From assembly GCA_028826165.1 (NCBI GenBank), contig JAPDFW010000059.1, positions 1,736,927 to 1,800,926 on the forward strand: a stretch of DNA of 64,000 nucleotides, in the 5' to 3' direction. The notes beneath the pieces are model-generated. The model ran no database searches, was not told the origin of the DNA, and worked only from the letters and a program-made list of their open reading frames with translations. Numbering within the stretch: the stretch's first letter is position 1; every line of letters begins with the position of its first letter. Source of the DNA: Anaeramoeba ignava BMAN (lineage: Eukaryota; Protista; Anaeramoebae). Shown piece after piece: positions 13,484 through 27,000 of the stretch. Both the position numbers and the translations under genes were made by a program.

Positions 13484-15344
13484 TTAATTGATTAATTTTT
13501 TAATTCTTTCAGGCATTTCACGGAGAGCATAAGAATTTTGCTCAAATCTTTTAAAAGTAATACCAGACCAAGTAAAATCAAGAAGTTTTTTTTGATCATT
13601 TTTTTTAAATGAATTTTCAAAAAGATCTGTTTGAGAAAAATAAGAAGTGTCAAAACAAGAAACATCAAGTTCCGATTGCAAAAGAGGAATGAAAGGGACT
13701 TCTGAGTTTCGTAAATTGACTTTTTCCCAATTAACGTTCTGGAAGAACTTGTGATTTTTAATTTGAGAAATTGAAGAAAAACGGTTTTTTGGAAAAGTGA
13801 TTAATTTGGAAATTAATTCTTTTGCTTCTTGGCTTAAATGTATATTAGAAGGAATTGAGTAATTGAAAGTTAGCACATTTCTAAGTGTTTTTTTTGTGTT
13901 TTTGTCGTGGAAAGGAGGCTTTCCAATAAGCATTTCATAAAGAATAACACCAATTGCCCAAAAATCCACTTTTTCATCATAACCCATTTCAAGTTTCTTT
14001 GAAGAGGAGAATTTATTGAATGTATTCCCAGTCGATAAAAGAACTTCAGGAGCAATATATTCAGGTGTTCCTACTAGCGATACTGCCCTTTTACGTTTTA
14101 TATTTTCGAAATTTTCAGAATTTTCAAAAGGTGAATTTTTTTCGTTTTTTTTGATCCAAATTGAATTTGAATTGGAATTCTCTTTCATTTTCTTCATTTC
14201 TTGATGATACATTTCCATATCAAAATCCATAAGAGTTTTTTCGAATTTTTGTTGATCTGTATCAAAAAGATCCTTGAAAAAAGAAACGTCTTTTGACAAT
14301 CCAAAATCTGCCAATTTTAAGTGACCATTTGAATCAATCAGAAAATTTTCAGGTTTTAAATCACGATGAATAAATCCAATTTGATGTAAAGCCTCAACTG
14401 CAGAAATAATTTCGCATAAATAAAAACGAGCTTGTTTTTCGTTCATTTTTTTCACATTTGAAAGTAAAGAAGCAAAATCACCTCCAGGTTGGAATTCCAT
14501 TAAAAAATAAATAGATTTTGAGTCTTGAAATGTTTTGAAAGCTTTGACTAACCAATCTGAATTATGTCCAATTAAAACGTCTCTTTCTGCTTTTATTCTT
14601 TCAACTTGTTTTTCATTTTGAAATTTGGATTTTTTCATTCTTTTGATTGCAAATATTCCTTTTTGTTCATCTTTTACAACAAAAACATCCCCATATGCTC
14701 CTTCTCCTATTTTTGTAACTACTTCAAACTCTTCAATTCTTGTTTTTTTTCTTCTCATTCGAAGATGATTTGTTTCCTTTTCAAAATGCTTTTCAATTCT
14801 TTTCTCAACTTCTAATTCAGATTCAATTTGCAAAATTTCATTTGTGAATTTTTTCATTCTTTTAAAATTAAAACAAAAAATTAAAATTAAAAATTAAAAA
14901 TTAAAATTAAAATTAAAATAAAAAAAAAGTGGAACAAAATTATTTTTTTTTTTATTCTTTTTTTTTTTTACCTTTGTTTTCTTGACCAAATTGTATATAT
15001 TTTTTCAACAAATGATTGAGAAAACCATTGTTTAAAAAAAAGTGACTTGTTTGTTTTTTTTTTTTATAAATTAGAAATTTCTTGTTAAAAGAAAAAATTT
15101 TTAATTTTTTTTAATTTTTTTTTACTTTTCTTTCTGTTGATGAAGAAATTTGAATTGAAGGAAAAGAAGAATCAAAAAATAATGATCTTGCAATTTCATT
15201 GAAAGAAAGATTATTTTCAATTTCTAAATCAATTTCTATTTCATTTTGATTTTCATTTTGATTTTGATTTTCGTTTTGATTTTCATTTTCATTTTGATTT
15301 TGATTTTTTTTGATCAATTGATCTTGAAATTTGGAATTTATCAT
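13484..15344 (-). CDS. NDR/LATS/Dbf2-family AGC Ser/Thr kinase (main exon 13484-~14860; upstream exons ~14972-15045 and ~15126-15344)
   Basis: N-terminal regulatory ETNHLRMRRKK, IGEGAYGDV, HRDLKPEN, DFGLS followed by a long subdomain VII-VIII insert, SLVGTPEYIAPE, and AGC tail PFIP..DVSCFD..WSGITF. The small upstream exon QWFSQSF...SRKQR resembles the Dbf2 N-terminus. Confidence 0.88.
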
Positions 15345-15676
15345 TTTAATTTTATTGGAATTTTTTAAAAGAAAATAAAATTAAAAATAAAATGAAATAA
15401 ATCTAAATTTAATTTTTGATAAATTTATTATCTAAAAAAAATAAAAAAATGAAAAAAAAAAAAATCAAAAATTTTGTTTTGTTGATTTTGAAATTTTATG
15501 AATTAAATTGTTAAATCTAAACCAGAATTAAATTTCGAATAATTTTTGTTTTGTTCTTCTTTTTGATTTTAGATTTTTTTTAAAAAAATAATTGTTTTTT
15601 TTGTTTTTGAATGAAAAAGAAATTAAAAAAAGAAATTAAAAAAGAAATTAATTAAGTAAGCGATTAAATTTTCTTT

Positions 15677-16413
15677 TTAATTTGTATCATTTTCGTTGTC
15701 ATTTTCGTTATCGTTATCATTTTCATTATCATTTTCATTATCATTTTCATTATCATTGTCATTGTCATTTTCGTTATCTTCATCTTTATTTTGATCATCA
15801 TTAGCATTGGCATTAGCATCATTATTACTTTCTTTTGTATTGTCATTGGCATCTTTATCTTGATTGTCATTTTCTTTATTGTTTAATTGAGAATTTTCTT
15901 TTTGATTAATTTGGGATTTTTCTTCATCTCCTTTTTGATAATCTTCAATTTCTTGATCTAATAAATTTTTCATATAATCTCCATCTTTCATCATGTATTC
16001 ATTTAGTTGTTTATCTAACATTTCTGCTGACATTCTTTCTTTTGCAATTTTCTTTCCAAAAGTTTTTTTATTTTGATTAAAATTTCTTTTTTTTGGAAAT
16101 CTTCTTGGTTTAAAATTTCTTTTGATAAAATTCAAAAGTAAAAAGATTTAGATATAAACGTAATAAGATAAATTGTTTTTAAATTAAAAGCTTATTTGAA
16201 ATATTTGCATTTAATTGTTTTTCTTTTATTTATTTTCTTTTTTTTTTTTTATTTTGCAAACCTATTCATAGGATTTCGGTTAAATCTTGGTTTTGAATTA
16301 AATCTTGTTTGTCTTTTGTTTGGAAATCGATTCCGATTAGATCTTGAAAATTCACTTGGTTTATCGAAATTTGCAAATCTTTCACTTAAAGTTCCTGTTT
16401 TTCTATTACTCAT
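15677..16413 (-). CDS. Chtop/FoP-like mRNA-export adaptor (spliced)
   Basis: Exon 1 (ATG at 16413) reads MSNRKTGTLSERFANF, similar to the Chtop SLxERF motif, and is Arg-rich. The last exon has MSAEMLDKQLNEYM and LLDQEIEDY, matching the FoP C-terminal/UAP56-binding motif LDxxLDxYM. Confidence 0.65.
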
Positions 16414-16495
16414 TTTTTAAAAAAAATTAAAAAAGGAAAAAAATGAAAAATTATTTTTTTAAATTTTTTTTTTTCATTTTTTTTTAAAATAAAAA

Positions 16496-17963
16496 ATGGA
16501 AACTTATTTAAATTTAGAAAAACTTTCAAATGATTTAAAAAATTTATTCCAAAATCAAAATCAAAATGAAAACCAAAATGAAAGTTATTTTGATTTTGAA
16601 ATAATTTGTGAACAAAATCAAATTTCATTTAAAACTCATAAATCAATTCTTTCATCAAGAAGTCAATATTTTAAATCTCTTTTTAAATCTAAAAATGAAA
16701 GAATATCAAGAAAATAAATTAATTCTAAAAGATGTTTCAAGTTCAATTTTATTCCCAATTTTAAATTATTTTTATTCAGGAAAAATTGAAATTAATTTAG
16801 AAAATGTAATTCAAATTTTAATTTTTTCATCAAAATATTTAATTGATGAATTAATTGAAATTTCTTCAAATTTTATCAAAAAGAATTTTCAAATTGAAAC
16901 TATTGTTGATATTCTTAAATTATCTGAATCAATGAACCTAAATCAATTATTAGATTCTTCTTATCAATTTATTTTTGAAAATTTTGAAGAATTTATTAAA
17001 ACTTCATTTTTTTTTGAACTTGAAGAAAATCATTTAAATTCAATTTTATTAAATGATGAACTTTCGATAAATGAATTTGAACTTTTCCAATCAATAATCA
17101 AATGGGGAAAACATAAATCAAATATTAATCAAGAAAAAGAATTAGAAAAAGAAGAAAAAGAACAAATTCAAATTCAAATTTCAAATATTATTGATAAAAT
17201 CAGATTTATTGATTTTACAAATAAAGAACTTAAAACTATTTTGAAAGAAGATTTAATTCCAAATCAAATTTCAGAAAAATTAATTCAATTCCAAAAACTT
17301 GATGAAAATGATAAAAATGAAAAAGAATTAAAACAATTTATTGAAAAAGAAAATTCATTAATTTTCAAATCAAGATTAGGTTTACATTCTTCATCAATAA
17401 TAGAAGAAAAAAAACATTCCAATAAATTAAAAGAATGGATAAATGATGATGAATTCTTTTACAAAATGAAAAAAAGGATATTCAGCTAAAAAAGATGGAT
17501 TTGATTCTAAGAAATGGCATTCATCAGTTGATAACAAAGGAAAAACATTAGTTATTATTAAAACCAAAAGATAAATATATTTTTGGAGGATTTACTCAAA
17601 TTGGATTTATTTCCGATCAAGAATTTTGGGAATCAAAAGATTCAGGAGGAGGATGGATTAAAGATATAAATGCATTTATTTTTTCATTAAGAAATAATAA
17701 GAATGATAGAAAACCTTCAAAATTTGAAATTAAACAAGGAGGAAGAAATGCACTTTTTTATCGTTTAAATTGTGGACCTAAATTTTCAGGAGATATTTCT
17801 TTAAATTCTAATCTTCAAGCTGGTTATACAGAATTTGGATATATGTATCAACTTCCAAAAGGAATGAAACCTTATAAAGATGAAGCTAGAAATTATTTAG
17901 CTGGTTCTAGAAATAAATGGATTATTGAAGAAGTTGAGACTTATTTCATTAAAAATAAATTAA
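16496..17963 (+). CDS. BTB-BACK-TLDc protein, copy 1 (frame breaks at homopolymers near 16695, 17475 and 17570)
   Basis: Near-identical to the intact ORF 38747-40201. BTB motif FKTHKSILSSRSQYF; the TLDc tail is readable in shifted frames. Confidence 0.8.
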
Positions 17964-18096
17964 AAAATTAATTAAAAAATAATTAAAAATTAAAAAGGTT
18001 TTTGTTCCACTTTTTTTTTTGCTTTTATTGAATTTTAAATGAAAAAAAAAATTTAACTGGAAATTAAATGGAAATTAACTGTTTTTGTGGATTTAA

Positions 18097-21000
18097 TTAT
18101 TTTTTAGAAAAAGCATAAAGTTTATCAGCCAATTTAATAAGTTTATCATGAAATTCAATATCTTGATAATTAATTTTAGGGACATTTTTGAAACCATAAA
18201 AAGCACCAAACCAAGCAGAAGCCAAAATACCAATTGAATCAGAATCACCTTCATTCAAGTATCTCATGCATAATTCAGGCCAATTATCTTGAGCAGCCAG
18301 AAGACAATCCCAAGCAATTAATGGGGCATCATGACCAGAACTTCCACCCCAACCGCTAAAAGAAACTGATTTAATCCAAGCATCTCTGACCTTAATATTA
18401 TCATAATTATCAGGCCATTTAATTGATTCAAAAGATGGTTTCTCAATATCAAGGTTTCTTTCATGGAGATAAGTTTTCCATTTTTCAATAAAAAAATCCA
18501 TTTTCTTTATATTTGAATCAACATCTCTTCCGCTTGATTTGATATATTCAACAACAAGTGGTATAATTTCGTTTATAAGTTTTTTTCCCCATTCATATAT
18601 CGGAATTTTGTTAATTGCATATGCTGTGAAAAGTGCTCCAGCAACTGAACCTAAATATCCAACTGGGTTATTATGTGTCATTCTTCCACTTTCAACTGAT
18701 ACTGATATTAATTTTCGAATATCTGTTTCTAAATTGGGAAAAGCTAAACCAATAGGAGTGCTTCTCATTCTATTTTATCAATTAATTTTTAATTTTAATT
18801 TTTAATTTTTATTTTAATTTTAATATTAAATTTTGATTTTAATTTTAATTTTAATTTAAATTTTAATTTTATTTTTAATTTTAATTTGAATTTTAATTTT
18901 AATTTTAATTTTGATTTTAATTTCATTCTATAATTAATTTTATTTTAAATTTTGATTTTAATTTTAATTTTAATTTTGATTTTAATTTTAATTTTAATTT
19001 TAATTTTAATTTTAATTTTAATTTTAATTTTAATTTTAATTTTAATTTTAATTTTAATAATATTAATTTTAATTTTAATTTTAATTTAAATTTTAATTTT
19101 AATTTTAATTTTAATTTTAATTTTGATTTTAATTTTAATTTTAATTTTAATTTTAATTTTAATTTTAATTTTAATTTTTAATTTTAATTTAAATTTCATT
19201 CTATAATTAATTTTATTTTAAATATTGATACGCTGCACCACAACCACCTCCTCTTGAATTAAAAGATAATTTATCCCAAAGTTTTGGAACATTTCTTGAA
19301 ATAAAATTAACACCAGAAATACAACTACCACCTGGAGCTCTACCTGCCATATCATTAAAACATTCAACATATTGTTCTCCAATATGAATATATATATATT
19401 CATCAATTGGAAGATAATCGGTTTTTTTCTTTTCTGGTTCTTTTTTTTTTTCCTTTTCTTTTTCATTTATTGTTGGAATTAATATAATATTCTTTCTTAA
19501 TTGATCTTCAAAATTTTCTTCTTTTTTTTCTTCTTCTTCTTTTTTTTCTTGATTATCTTTTTTCTCTTCTTCTTTTTCTTGTACAATTCCTTCTGCAGTT
19601 GCAATCATCATTACCTTATTAAAAATGAAAATCAATTTTTAATTTTGATTTTAATTTTAATTTTAATTTTAATTTTGATTTTAAATTTAATTTTAATTTT
19701 AATTTTAATTTTAATTTTAATTTTAATTTTAATTTTAATTTTTAATTTTGATTTTGATTTAAATTTTAGTTTTAGTTTTAATTTTAATTTTAATTTTAAT
19801 TTTGATTTTAATTTTAGTTTTAATATATAAATTTAATACAGTATCATCACTAACTCTCCATTTTGATCCTCTTAACTCTAAAGCTGTTATTCCTTTTCCA
19901 TCTGTAATTCTCATTAAATCTGCATGAATACTTTCAGTAGAATAATCAAATTCATATCTTCCACCATGATATCCAAGTGCATCTCCTAGTAAATTTTATT
20001 TTAAATTTTATTTTAAATTATTATAAATTTTATTTTAAATTTTATTATAAATTTTATTATAAATTTTGTTTTAAATTTTGTTTTAAATTATTATAAATTT
20101 TATTTTAAATTTTATTATAAATTTTATTATAAATTTTATTATAAATTTTATTTTAAATTTTGTTATAAATTTTATTATAAATTTTATTATAAATTTTGTT
20201 TTAAATTTTGTTTTAAATTTTGTTATAAATTTTATTATAAATTTTATTATAAATTTTGTTATAAATTTTATTATAAATTTTATTATAAATTTTGTTATAA
20301 ATTTTATTTTAGATTTTATTTTAAATTTTATTATAAATTTTATTATAAATTTTATTATAAATTTTATTATAAATTTTATTATAAATTTTATAAAGCAAGG
20401 AATATTTAAGTGATAAAAGAAATTTTTTTGTAAGTGATGATTTTTCGCATTAGCAACAAAAAAATTAATTAAAGAAAAATTTTTCTCCTTTAGAAATTTT
20501 TTGGTTTTGAAAAAGAATACATTTCCAGGATTTAAGTTTGATTTTTATGTGCAGTTTTGGACTTAGTTTGATTTATTCTGTGGAAAATTTGCATCAATTG
20601 GTTGGTGAAAAAAATAAAATGAAAAAGAAAGAATTTAAGCAATTCTGTTGCAAGAAAAGATTTTGAAAAGAGATTAAATTTTGTTTTTGATTTGTTTTGA
20701 TTGATTTTATTTTAGATTAAAATTGAATAAAAAAATATGAAAAAAAAAGTTTTTTGAAAGAAGAAAAATTAAACTGAAAGGAATCAGAGTGGTGATCAAT
20801 GAAGGAAAGAAGAAGATGAAAATAGATGAAGAGTGAAAGAGTGAGAAAAGGTAAGAGGAAAGAAAATAAATTGGAAATAGTAAGGGGAATAGATAAGTGA
20901 AAAGTGAAAAAAAATAATTAAGAGCATGATCAGTGAAGTGAGAGATAAGGAAAGGTTCGAATGATTGACATCTCGTCATCTCCGCGCACGCAAGCGGCGC

Positions 21001-24000
21001 TCCGTGACTCGATTGTCATCATCCGAACCTTTCAAAGAAATTAAAAAAAAATCCAAATTTAATTCTAAAAACAATTGATTATTGCAATCCTCAATGATAT
21101 CTTTGAAAACATTAAAATTGGTACTAATAAAAAAATATAAGGTGAGTATTTTGAAACAATATGTAAAGGATCAGATAGATCCAAACCCAACTAAAGGATC
21201 CTTTTTGAAACCAAAAAATATCTATGAAAATTTCAGATGAAGAAAGCAATAGGCAATATTTTCTTGTTTTGTTTCCAAATTTTTTGAGGTGTGAAACGTT
21301 TTCCGATTTAATTGATTTTAAATTGATTTTAAATTGGTTTTTAAATTGGTTTTTAAATTGGTTTTAAATTGGTTTTAAATTGATTTTAAATTGGTTTTTA
21401 AATTGGTTTTTAAATTGATTTTAAATTGATTTTAAATTGGTTTTTAAATTTTTTAAATTGGATTTTAAATTGATTTTAAATTGATTTTAAATTGATTTTT
21501 AAATTGATTTTAAATTGATTTTAAATTGGTTTTTAAATTGGTTTTAAATTGATTTTAAATTGGATTTTTAAATTGGATTTTAAATTGGGTTTTAAATTGG
21601 TTTTAAATTGGTTTTTAAAATTGGTTTTAAATTGGATTTTTTAAATTTTTTTAAATTGATTTTTAAATTGGTTTTAAATTGATTTTAAATTGGTTTTTAA
21701 ATTGATTTTAAATTGGATTTTAAATTGATTTTAAATTGGTTTTTAAATTGGGTTTTTAAAATTGGATTTTTAAATTGATTTTTAAATTTTTAAATTGGTT
21801 TTAAATTTGGTTTTAAAATTTTTTTTTAAATTGATTTTAAATTTTTTAAATTGGTTTTTAAATTGGTTTTAAATTGATTTTAAATTGATTTTAAATTGGT
21901 TTTAAATGGTTTTTTTTAAATTGGTTTTTAAATTGATTTTTAAATTGGTTTTTAAATTGATTTTTTAAATTGGTTTTAAATTGATTTTAAATTTTTTAAA
22001 TTGGATTTTAAATTGTTTTTAAATTGATTTTAAATTGGATTTTAAATTGATTTTAAATTTTAAAAATTTTAAATTGGTTTTTAAATTGTTTTAAATTTTT
22101 TAAATTGGTTTTAAAATTGGATTTTAAATTGATTTTAAATTGGTTTTTAAATTGGTTTTAAATTGGTTTTAAATTGGTTTTTAGAAATTGATTTTTAAAT
22201 TGGTTTTTTTGGATTTTAAATTGGTTTTTTTTTAAATTGGTTTTTAAATTTTTAAATTGGTTTTTAAATTGGTTTTAAATTGATTTTAAATTGGATTTTA
22301 AATTGGTTTTAAATTGTTTTTAAATTGGTTTTTTTGGTTTTAAATTGGATTTTTTAAATTGGTTTTAAAATTAAATTGATTTTTAAATTGGTTTTTAAAT
22401 TGGTTTTTTTAAATTGGTTTTTAAATTGGTTTTAAATTTTAAATTGGATTTTTAAATTGGTTTTAAATTGGTTTTTAAATTGGTTTTAAATTGGTTTTAA
22501 ATTTGGTTTTTAAATTGATTTTTGATTTTTAAATTGATTTTTTTGGATTTTAAATTGGTTTTAAATTTTTTAAAAATTGGTTTTTAAATTGGTTTTTAAA
22601 TTGGTTTTTAAATTGGTTTTTAAATTGATTTTTAAATTTGGTTTTTAAAATTGATTTTAAATTGGATTTTAAATTTAAATTTTTAAATTGATTTTAAATT
22701 GATTTTTAAATTTTTTAAATTGGTTTTTAAATTTGATTTTAAAATTGGTTTTAAAATTGGTTTTTAAATTGGTTTTTTTAAATTGGTTTTAAATTGATTT
22801 TTAAATTGGTTTTTAAATTGGATTTTAAATTGGATTTTAAATTGGTTTTTAAATTGATTTTTAAATTGATTTTAAAATTGGTTTTTTGGTTTTAAATTGA
22901 TTTTAAAATTTTTGATTTTAAATTGGATTTTTTAAATTGGATTTTAAATTGGTTTTAAATTGGTTTTAAAATTGATTTTTAAATTGGTTTTAAATTGATT
23001 TTAAATTGATTTTAAATTGATTTTTAAATTGATTTTAAATTGATTTTAAATTGGTTTTTAAATTGGTTTTAAATTGATTTTAAATTGATTTTAAATTGGT
23101 TTTAAATTGGTTTTTAAATTGATTTTAAATTGATTTTAAATTGATTTTTAAATTGATTTTTAAATTGATTTTAAATTGGTTTTAAATTGGTTTTTAAATT
23201 GGATTTTAAATTGGTTTTTAAATTGGATTTTAAATTGGTTTTTAAAATTTTTAAAATTTTAAATTGGATTTTAAATTGGTTTTTAATTTGTTTTTAAATT
23301 TTTTAAATTGATTTTAAAATTGGATTTTAAATTGGTTTTTAAATTTTTTAAATTGATTTTAAAATTTTAAATTGGTTTTTAAATTGTTTTTAAATTTTTT
23401 AAATTGGGTTTTTAATTGGGTTTTAAATTGATTTTTAAAATTGGATTTTAAATTGGTTTTAAATTGATTTTAAATTGGTTTTAAATTGGTTTTAAATTGA
23501 TTTTAAATTGATTTTTAAATTGGTTTTAAATTGGTTTTAAATTGGATTTTAAATTGGATTTTAAATTGATTTTAAATTGATTTTAAATTGATTTTAAATT
23601 GGTTTTTAAATTGGTTTTAAATTGATTTTAAATTGATTTTTAAATTGGTTTTAAATTGATTTTAAATTGGATTTTAAATTGATTTTAAATTGGTTTTAAA
23701 TTGATTTTAAATTGATTTTAAATTGAGTTTTAAATTGGTTTTAAATTGATTTTAAATTGATTTTAAATTGGTTTTTTAGGAGGTGTGATTTTAAATTGGT
23801 TTTAAAATTGGATTTTTAAAATTTTAAATTGATTTTTGATTTTAAATTGGTTTTTAAATTGGTTTTAAATTGATTTTTAAATTGGTTTTTAAATTTTTGG
23901 GTTTTTAAATTGATTGGTTTTTAAATTGATTTTTTAAAATTTTAAATTGATTTTAAATTGGTTTTAAATTGATTTTAAATTGATTTTTAAATTGATTTTT

Positions 24001-27000
24001 AAATTGATTTTTTTTGTTTTAAATTGGTTTTAAATTGGTTTTTAAATTGGTTTTTAAATTTTTTAAATTGGTTTTTAAATTGATTTTAATTGGTTTTTAA
24101 ATTGGTTTTTAAAATTGATTTTTTAAATTGTTTTTAAATTGGTTTTTAAATTGGTTTTAAATTGGATTTTTAAATTGATTTTAAATTGGTTTTAAATTGA
24201 TTTTTTTTAAATTGGTTTTAAAATTTTTAAATTGGTTTTAAATTGGATTTTAAATTGATTTTTAAATTGATTTTAAATTGGTTTTTAAATTGGTTTTTAA
24301 ATTGATTTTAAATTGGTTTTAAATTGATTTTAAATTGGTTTTAAATTGATTTTAAATTGATTTTAAATTGGTTTTTAAATTGATTTTAAATTGGTTTTTA
24401 AATTGGTTTTAAATTGATTTTAAATTGGTTTTTAAATTGATTTTTAAATTGATTTTAAATTGATTTTTAAATTGATTTTTGATTTTTAAATTGGTTTTTA
24501 AATTGATTTTTAAATTGGTTTTTAAATTGGTTTTTAAATTGATTTTTAAATTGATTTTAAATTTTGGATTTTTAAATTGATTTTAAATTGATTTTAAATT
24601 GGTTTTTAAATTGATTTTAAATTGATTTTAAATTGGTTTTTAAATTGATTTTTAAATTGGATTTTTAAATTGATTTTAAATTGGTTTTAAATTGATTTTA
24701 AATTGATTTTAAATTGGTTTTAAATTGATTTTTAAATTGGTTTTAAATTGGTTTTAAATTGGATTTTAAATTGGATTTTAAATTGATTTTAAATTGATTT
24801 TTAAATTGGTTTTTAAATTGGATTTTAAATTGATTTTAAATTGGTTTTTAAAATTGATTTTTAAATTGGTTTTTGATTTTTTTAAATTGATTTTAAATTG
24901 GTTTTTAAATTTTAAATTGATTTTTAAATTGGATTTTAAATTGGATTTTTAAATTGATTTTAAATTGATTTTAAATTGATTTTTAAATTGATTTTAAATT
25001 GGTTTTTAAATTGATTTTAAATTGGTTTTAAATTGGTTTTTAAATTGGTTTTAAATTGGTTTTAAATTGATTTTAAATTGGTTTTTAAATTGGTTTTTTG
25101 GTTTTAAATGGTTTTTTAAATTGGTTTTAGGGTTAAGGTTTTTAAATTGATTTTTAAATTGGTTTTTAAATTGATTTTAAATTGATTTTAAATTGAATTT
25201 TAAATTGGTTTTTAAATTGATTTTGATTTTTAAATTGGTTTTTAAATTGATTTTAAAAATTGATTTTAAATTGATTTTTTTTTAAATTGATTTTTAAATT
25301 GTTTTAAATTTGGTTTTTAAATTGATTTTTAAATTTTAAAATTTTTTGATTTTTAAAATTGATTTTAAATTGTTTTTTAAATTGATTTTAAATTGATTTT
25401 TTAAATTGGTTTTTAAAATTGGTTTTTAAATTGATTTTAAATTGTTTTTTAAATTGATTTTAAATTGGTTTTTTAAATTGATTTTTAAAATTTTTGGTTT
25501 TAAATTTTTAAAATTTTAAATTTTAAATTGATTTTTATAAATTGATTTTTAAATTGATTTTAAATTTTTTTAAATTGGTTTTTAAATTGGTTTTTAAATT
25601 GGTTTTAAATTGATTTTAAATTGATTTTTAAATTGGATTTTAAATTGATTTTAAAATTTTTAAATTGGATAAAATTTTAAATTGATTTTAAATTGGTTTT
25701 TAAATTGATTTTAAATTGGTTTTTAAATTGATTTTAAATTGATTTTAAATTGTTTTTAAATTGGTTTTAAATTTGATTTTTAAATTGATTTTTAAATTTT
25801 AAATTGATTTTAAATTGGTTTTAAATTTTTTAAATTGGTTTTAAATTGATTTTTAAATTGTTTTTAATTTGATTTTAAATTGATTTTAAATTTGATTTTA
25901 AATTGGTTTTTAAATTGATTTTAAATTGGTTTTTAAATTGGATTTTAAATTGGATTTTAAATTGATTTTTAAATTGGTTTTTAAATTTGGTTTTTAAATT
26001 GGATTTTAAATTGATTTTAAATTGGTTTTAAATTGATTTTAAATTGATTTTAAATTGGTTTTTAAATTGATTTTAAATTGATTTTAAATTGGTTTTAAAT
26101 TGATTTTAAATTGATTTTTAAATTGATTTTAAATTGATTTTAAATTGATTTTTAAATTGATTTTAAATTGATTTTAAATTGATTTTAAATTGGTTTTAAA
26201 TTGGATTTTAAATTGGTTTTTAAATTGGTTTTAAATTGGATTTTAAATTGGTTTTAAATTGATTTTAAATTGATTTTAAATTGATTTTAAATTGATTTTA
26301 AATTGATTTTAAATTGATTTTAATTTGATTTTAAATTGATTTTAAATTGGTTTTTAAATTGGATTTTAAATTGATTTTTTAAAATTGGTTTTAAATTTGA
26401 TTTTTAAATTGGTTTTTAAATTGATTTTAAAATTGATTTTTAAATTGATTTTTAAATTGGATTTTAAATTGATTTTAAATTGATTTTTTTAAATTAAATT
26501 GATTTTAAATTGGTTTTAAATTGATTTTTAAATTGGTTTTAAATTGATTTTTAAATTGGATTTTAAATTGGATTTTAAATTGATTTTAAATTGATTTTAA
26601 ATTGATTTTAAATTGGATTTTAAATTGGATTTTTAAATTGATTTTTAAATTGGTTTTAAATTGATTTTAAATTGATTTTAAATTGGTTTTTAAATTGATT
26701 TTAAATTGATTTTAAATTGGATTTTTTAAATTGATTTTTAAATTGATTTTTAAATTGATTTTAAAATTGATTTTTAAATTGATTTTAAATTTTAAATTGA
26801 TTTTTAAATTGATTTTAAATTGATTTTAAATTGATTTTAAAATTTTTGATTTTAAATTTTTTAAATTGATTTTAATTTGGTTTTTAAATTGATTTTTAAA
26901 TTGATTTTAAAAAATTTTAAATTGATTTTTAAATTGATTTTAAATTGATTTTTAAATTGATTTTTAAATTTTAAATTTTTTAAATTGATTTTTTTTTAAA

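Noticed and set aside
1-15344. Cdc14 and a Dbf2-like kinase as a mitotic-exit gene cluster
   Set aside because: Separated by an unrelated 11-kb gene; two genes are not evidence of functional clustering.
14920-18020. Shared inverted word AAAAAAAAGTGGAACAAAA at ~14921-14939 and ~18000-18018
   Set aside because: Short, mostly homopolymer, no TSD, and it would enclose ordinary host genes; insufficient for an element call.
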